From Polyangiales bacterium (GTDB lineage Bacteria > Myxococcota_A > Polyangia > Polyangiales > Ga0077539), in contig JAXLYG010000005.1 in the NCBI GenBank assembly GCA_046351535.1, forward strand, positions 1 through 37,333: a stretch of DNA of 37,333 nucleotides, written 5' to 3'. The position numbers and the translations under genes were made by a program. Position 1 is the stretch's first letter, and each line of letters opens with the position of its first letter. The notes below the pieces were generated by a model. The model had not been told where the DNA came from. It saw only the letters and a list, made by a program, of their open reading frames with translations, and searched no databases. Positions 35,933-37,333 of the stretch are shown piece by piece.

Positions 35933-37333
35933 ATGCCTGGCGCTCGCAGAGGTCTCGTCGTCGCTGCGATCCTTCTCTCGATGTTCATGTCGGCGATGGA
36001 GGCCACCGTGGTCGCCACGGCGATGCCTACTGTCGTCGCTGACCTCCACGGCATCGAGCTCTACGGCTGGGTCGGGTCGATCTACATGCTCTCGTCGACC
36101 GTGACGATCCCGCTGTGGGGGAGCCTCGCGGACATCCGCGGCCGCAAGCCCGTGATGCTCGCGGGCCTCGCGTTCTTTCTCCTCGGCTCGGTGCTGAGCG
36201 GCGCCGCGACGTCGATGCCCGCGCTCGTCGTCGCGAGGGCCGTGCAGGGCATCGGCGCGGGCTCGCTGCAGCCCGTCGCGATCACCATCGTGGGCGACCT
36301 CTACACCGTCGAGGAGCGCGGCCGCGTGCAGGGGCTCTTCGGCGCGATCTGGGGCTCGGCGGGCATCGCGGGGCCGCTGCTCGGGGGGCTCATCGTGAAG
36401 GCCCTCTCGTGGCGCTGGGTGTTCTACGTGAACCTCCCCTTCGGGCTCTTCTCGGGCGCGATGCTCGTGGCCTTCTTCGAAGAGCGAACGGAGCGGCTCC
36501 ACAAGGGGCGTCGCCTCGACCTCGCGGGCGCCGCGGCGCTCACGGTCGCCGTGCTCTCGCTCCTGCTCGGGGTCGGAGGGCGGCACAGCGCCGTGGCGCT
36601 CCCGATGGCGGCGCTCGCGTTCGTGGGCTTTCTCGCGATCGAGCGCCGCGCGCCGGAGCCCGTGGTGCCGCTCTCGCTCTTCGCGAACAAGGCCATCGCC
36701 GTGGCGAGCGCCGCGGGGACGCTCATGGGCGTCGCGATGATGTCGTCGCTGATGTTCCTGCCGCTCTACGCGCAGGCCGCGATGGGCGCGACGCCCACGG
36801 CGGCGGGCGCGATGGTGGCCCCGACGCTCATCGGCTGGCCCCTCGCCAGCACCACGAGCGGACGGCTCCTCCCGCGCGTCGGCCCGCGGATCCTCGTGCG
36901 CTCGGGGCTCGCCCTCGTCGCCGCGGGCACGCTCGCCGTGTGGCTCCTCGTGCGCTCGGGGAGCGCCGCCTGGTGGCTCCGCGTCGCGATGTTCACCTTC
37001 GGCGCGGGGATGGGCTTCGCGAACACGGCCCTGCTCATCGCCGCGCAGGAGAGCGTCGGGTGGTCGCAGCGCGGCATCGCCACGGCCACGACGATGTTCT
37101 CCCGCAGCATCGGCGGCGCGGTGGCCCTCGGCGCCCTCGGCGCGCTGCTCGCGCACCGCCTCGCGGGCGTCGTCGACGAGCGGATCCTCAACGCCATGCT
37201 CGGCCCCGAGCGAGGCCGCGGGCTCGACCCGAGCGTGATCTCCGCGGTGTCGTCGTCCGTGGGCCACGGGATGCTCCCGATCTTCTCGATCATCGCCGTG
37301 GCCGGTGCGCTCAGCCTCGCCGTGGGGATGACC
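35933..37333 (+). CDS. MFS transporter (DHA2-like drug:H+ antiporter family), 3'-truncated by the window end
   Basis: ATG at 35933, not in the ORF track because no stop lies within the window. 467 codons of hydrophobic TM-rich sequence. MFS signature GSLADIRGRKPVMLAGLAFFLLG. More than 12 TM segments. Reading frame reaches the last base. Confidence 0.75.
   Translation, partial: MPGARRGLVVAAILLSMFMSAMEATVVATAMPTVVADLHGIELYGWVGSIYMLSSTVTIPLWGSLADIRGRKPVMLAGLAFFLLGSVLSGAATSMPALVVARAVQGIGAGSLQPVAITIVGDLYTVEERGRVQGLFGAIWGSAGIAGPLLGGLIVKALSWRWVFYVNLPFGLFSGAMLVAFFEERTERLHKGRRLDLAGAAALTVAVLSLLLGVGGRHSAVALPMAALAFVGFLAIERRAPEPVVPLSLFANKAIAVASAAGTLMGVAMMSSLMFLPLYAQAAMGATPTAAGAMVAPTLIGWPLASTTSGRLLPRVGPRILVRSGLALVAAGTLAVWLLVRSGSAAWWLRVAMFTFGAGMGFANTALLIAAQESVGWSQRGIATATTMFSRSIGGAVALGALGALLAHRLAGVVDERILNAMLGPERGRGLDPSVISAVSSSVGHGMLPIFSIIAVAGALSLAVGMT

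Overview
This is a high-GC (about 70-75%) chromosomal segment with Myxococcota-like codon usage and many lipobox-bearing genes. Calls rest on motif reading of the supplied translations; no searches were run. From 5' to 3' the window contains: (1) the partial C-terminus of an N-acetylglutamate synthase/kinase-type protein, then an arsenosugar pair (AhpD/CMD-like peroxidase-like protein plus radical-SAM ArsS). (2) A visibly lower-GC (about 55-65%) two-gene minus-strand insert encoding a PD-(D/E)xK (HsdR-N-like) nuclease and a 919-aa SF1 UvrD/HelD-like helicase. This is a candidate horizontally acquired nuclease-helicase defence module that I cannot assign to a described family. (3) A partial, atypically organised type VI secretion operon on the minus strand: tssF, tssG, clpV/tssH, a TagH-like FHA protein, a Cys-rich secreted or lipoprotein, and an apparent TssB-TssC fused sheath gene. 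No hcp, vgrG or tssA/E/J/K/L/M genes are in the window. A patatin-like phospholipase sits divergently upstream of tssF. (4) A run of three Cys-rich lipoproteins, one apparently frameshifted and one carrying a 15-bp x ~21 TDTPA-coding tandem repeat. (5) An aryl-polyene-like lipid biosynthesis and export cluster: DUF3261-type lipoprotein, MMPL exporter, LolA-like protein, hotdog thioesterase, LpxL-type and PlsC-type acyltransferases, GT2, FabZ-like dehydratase, membrane protein, flavin-dependent halogenase (GxGxxG, WxWxIP, FxxPxxSxG motifs), two ACPs, a CLF-like KS and a KS. Nearly every junction is an ATGA/GTGA overlap. (6) A lipoprotein, a Hanks-type Ser/Thr kinase, a secreted protein and a 3'-truncated MFS transporter. 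Many long Arg/Gly/Ala-rich antisense or off-frame ORFs in the track are high-GC artefacts.
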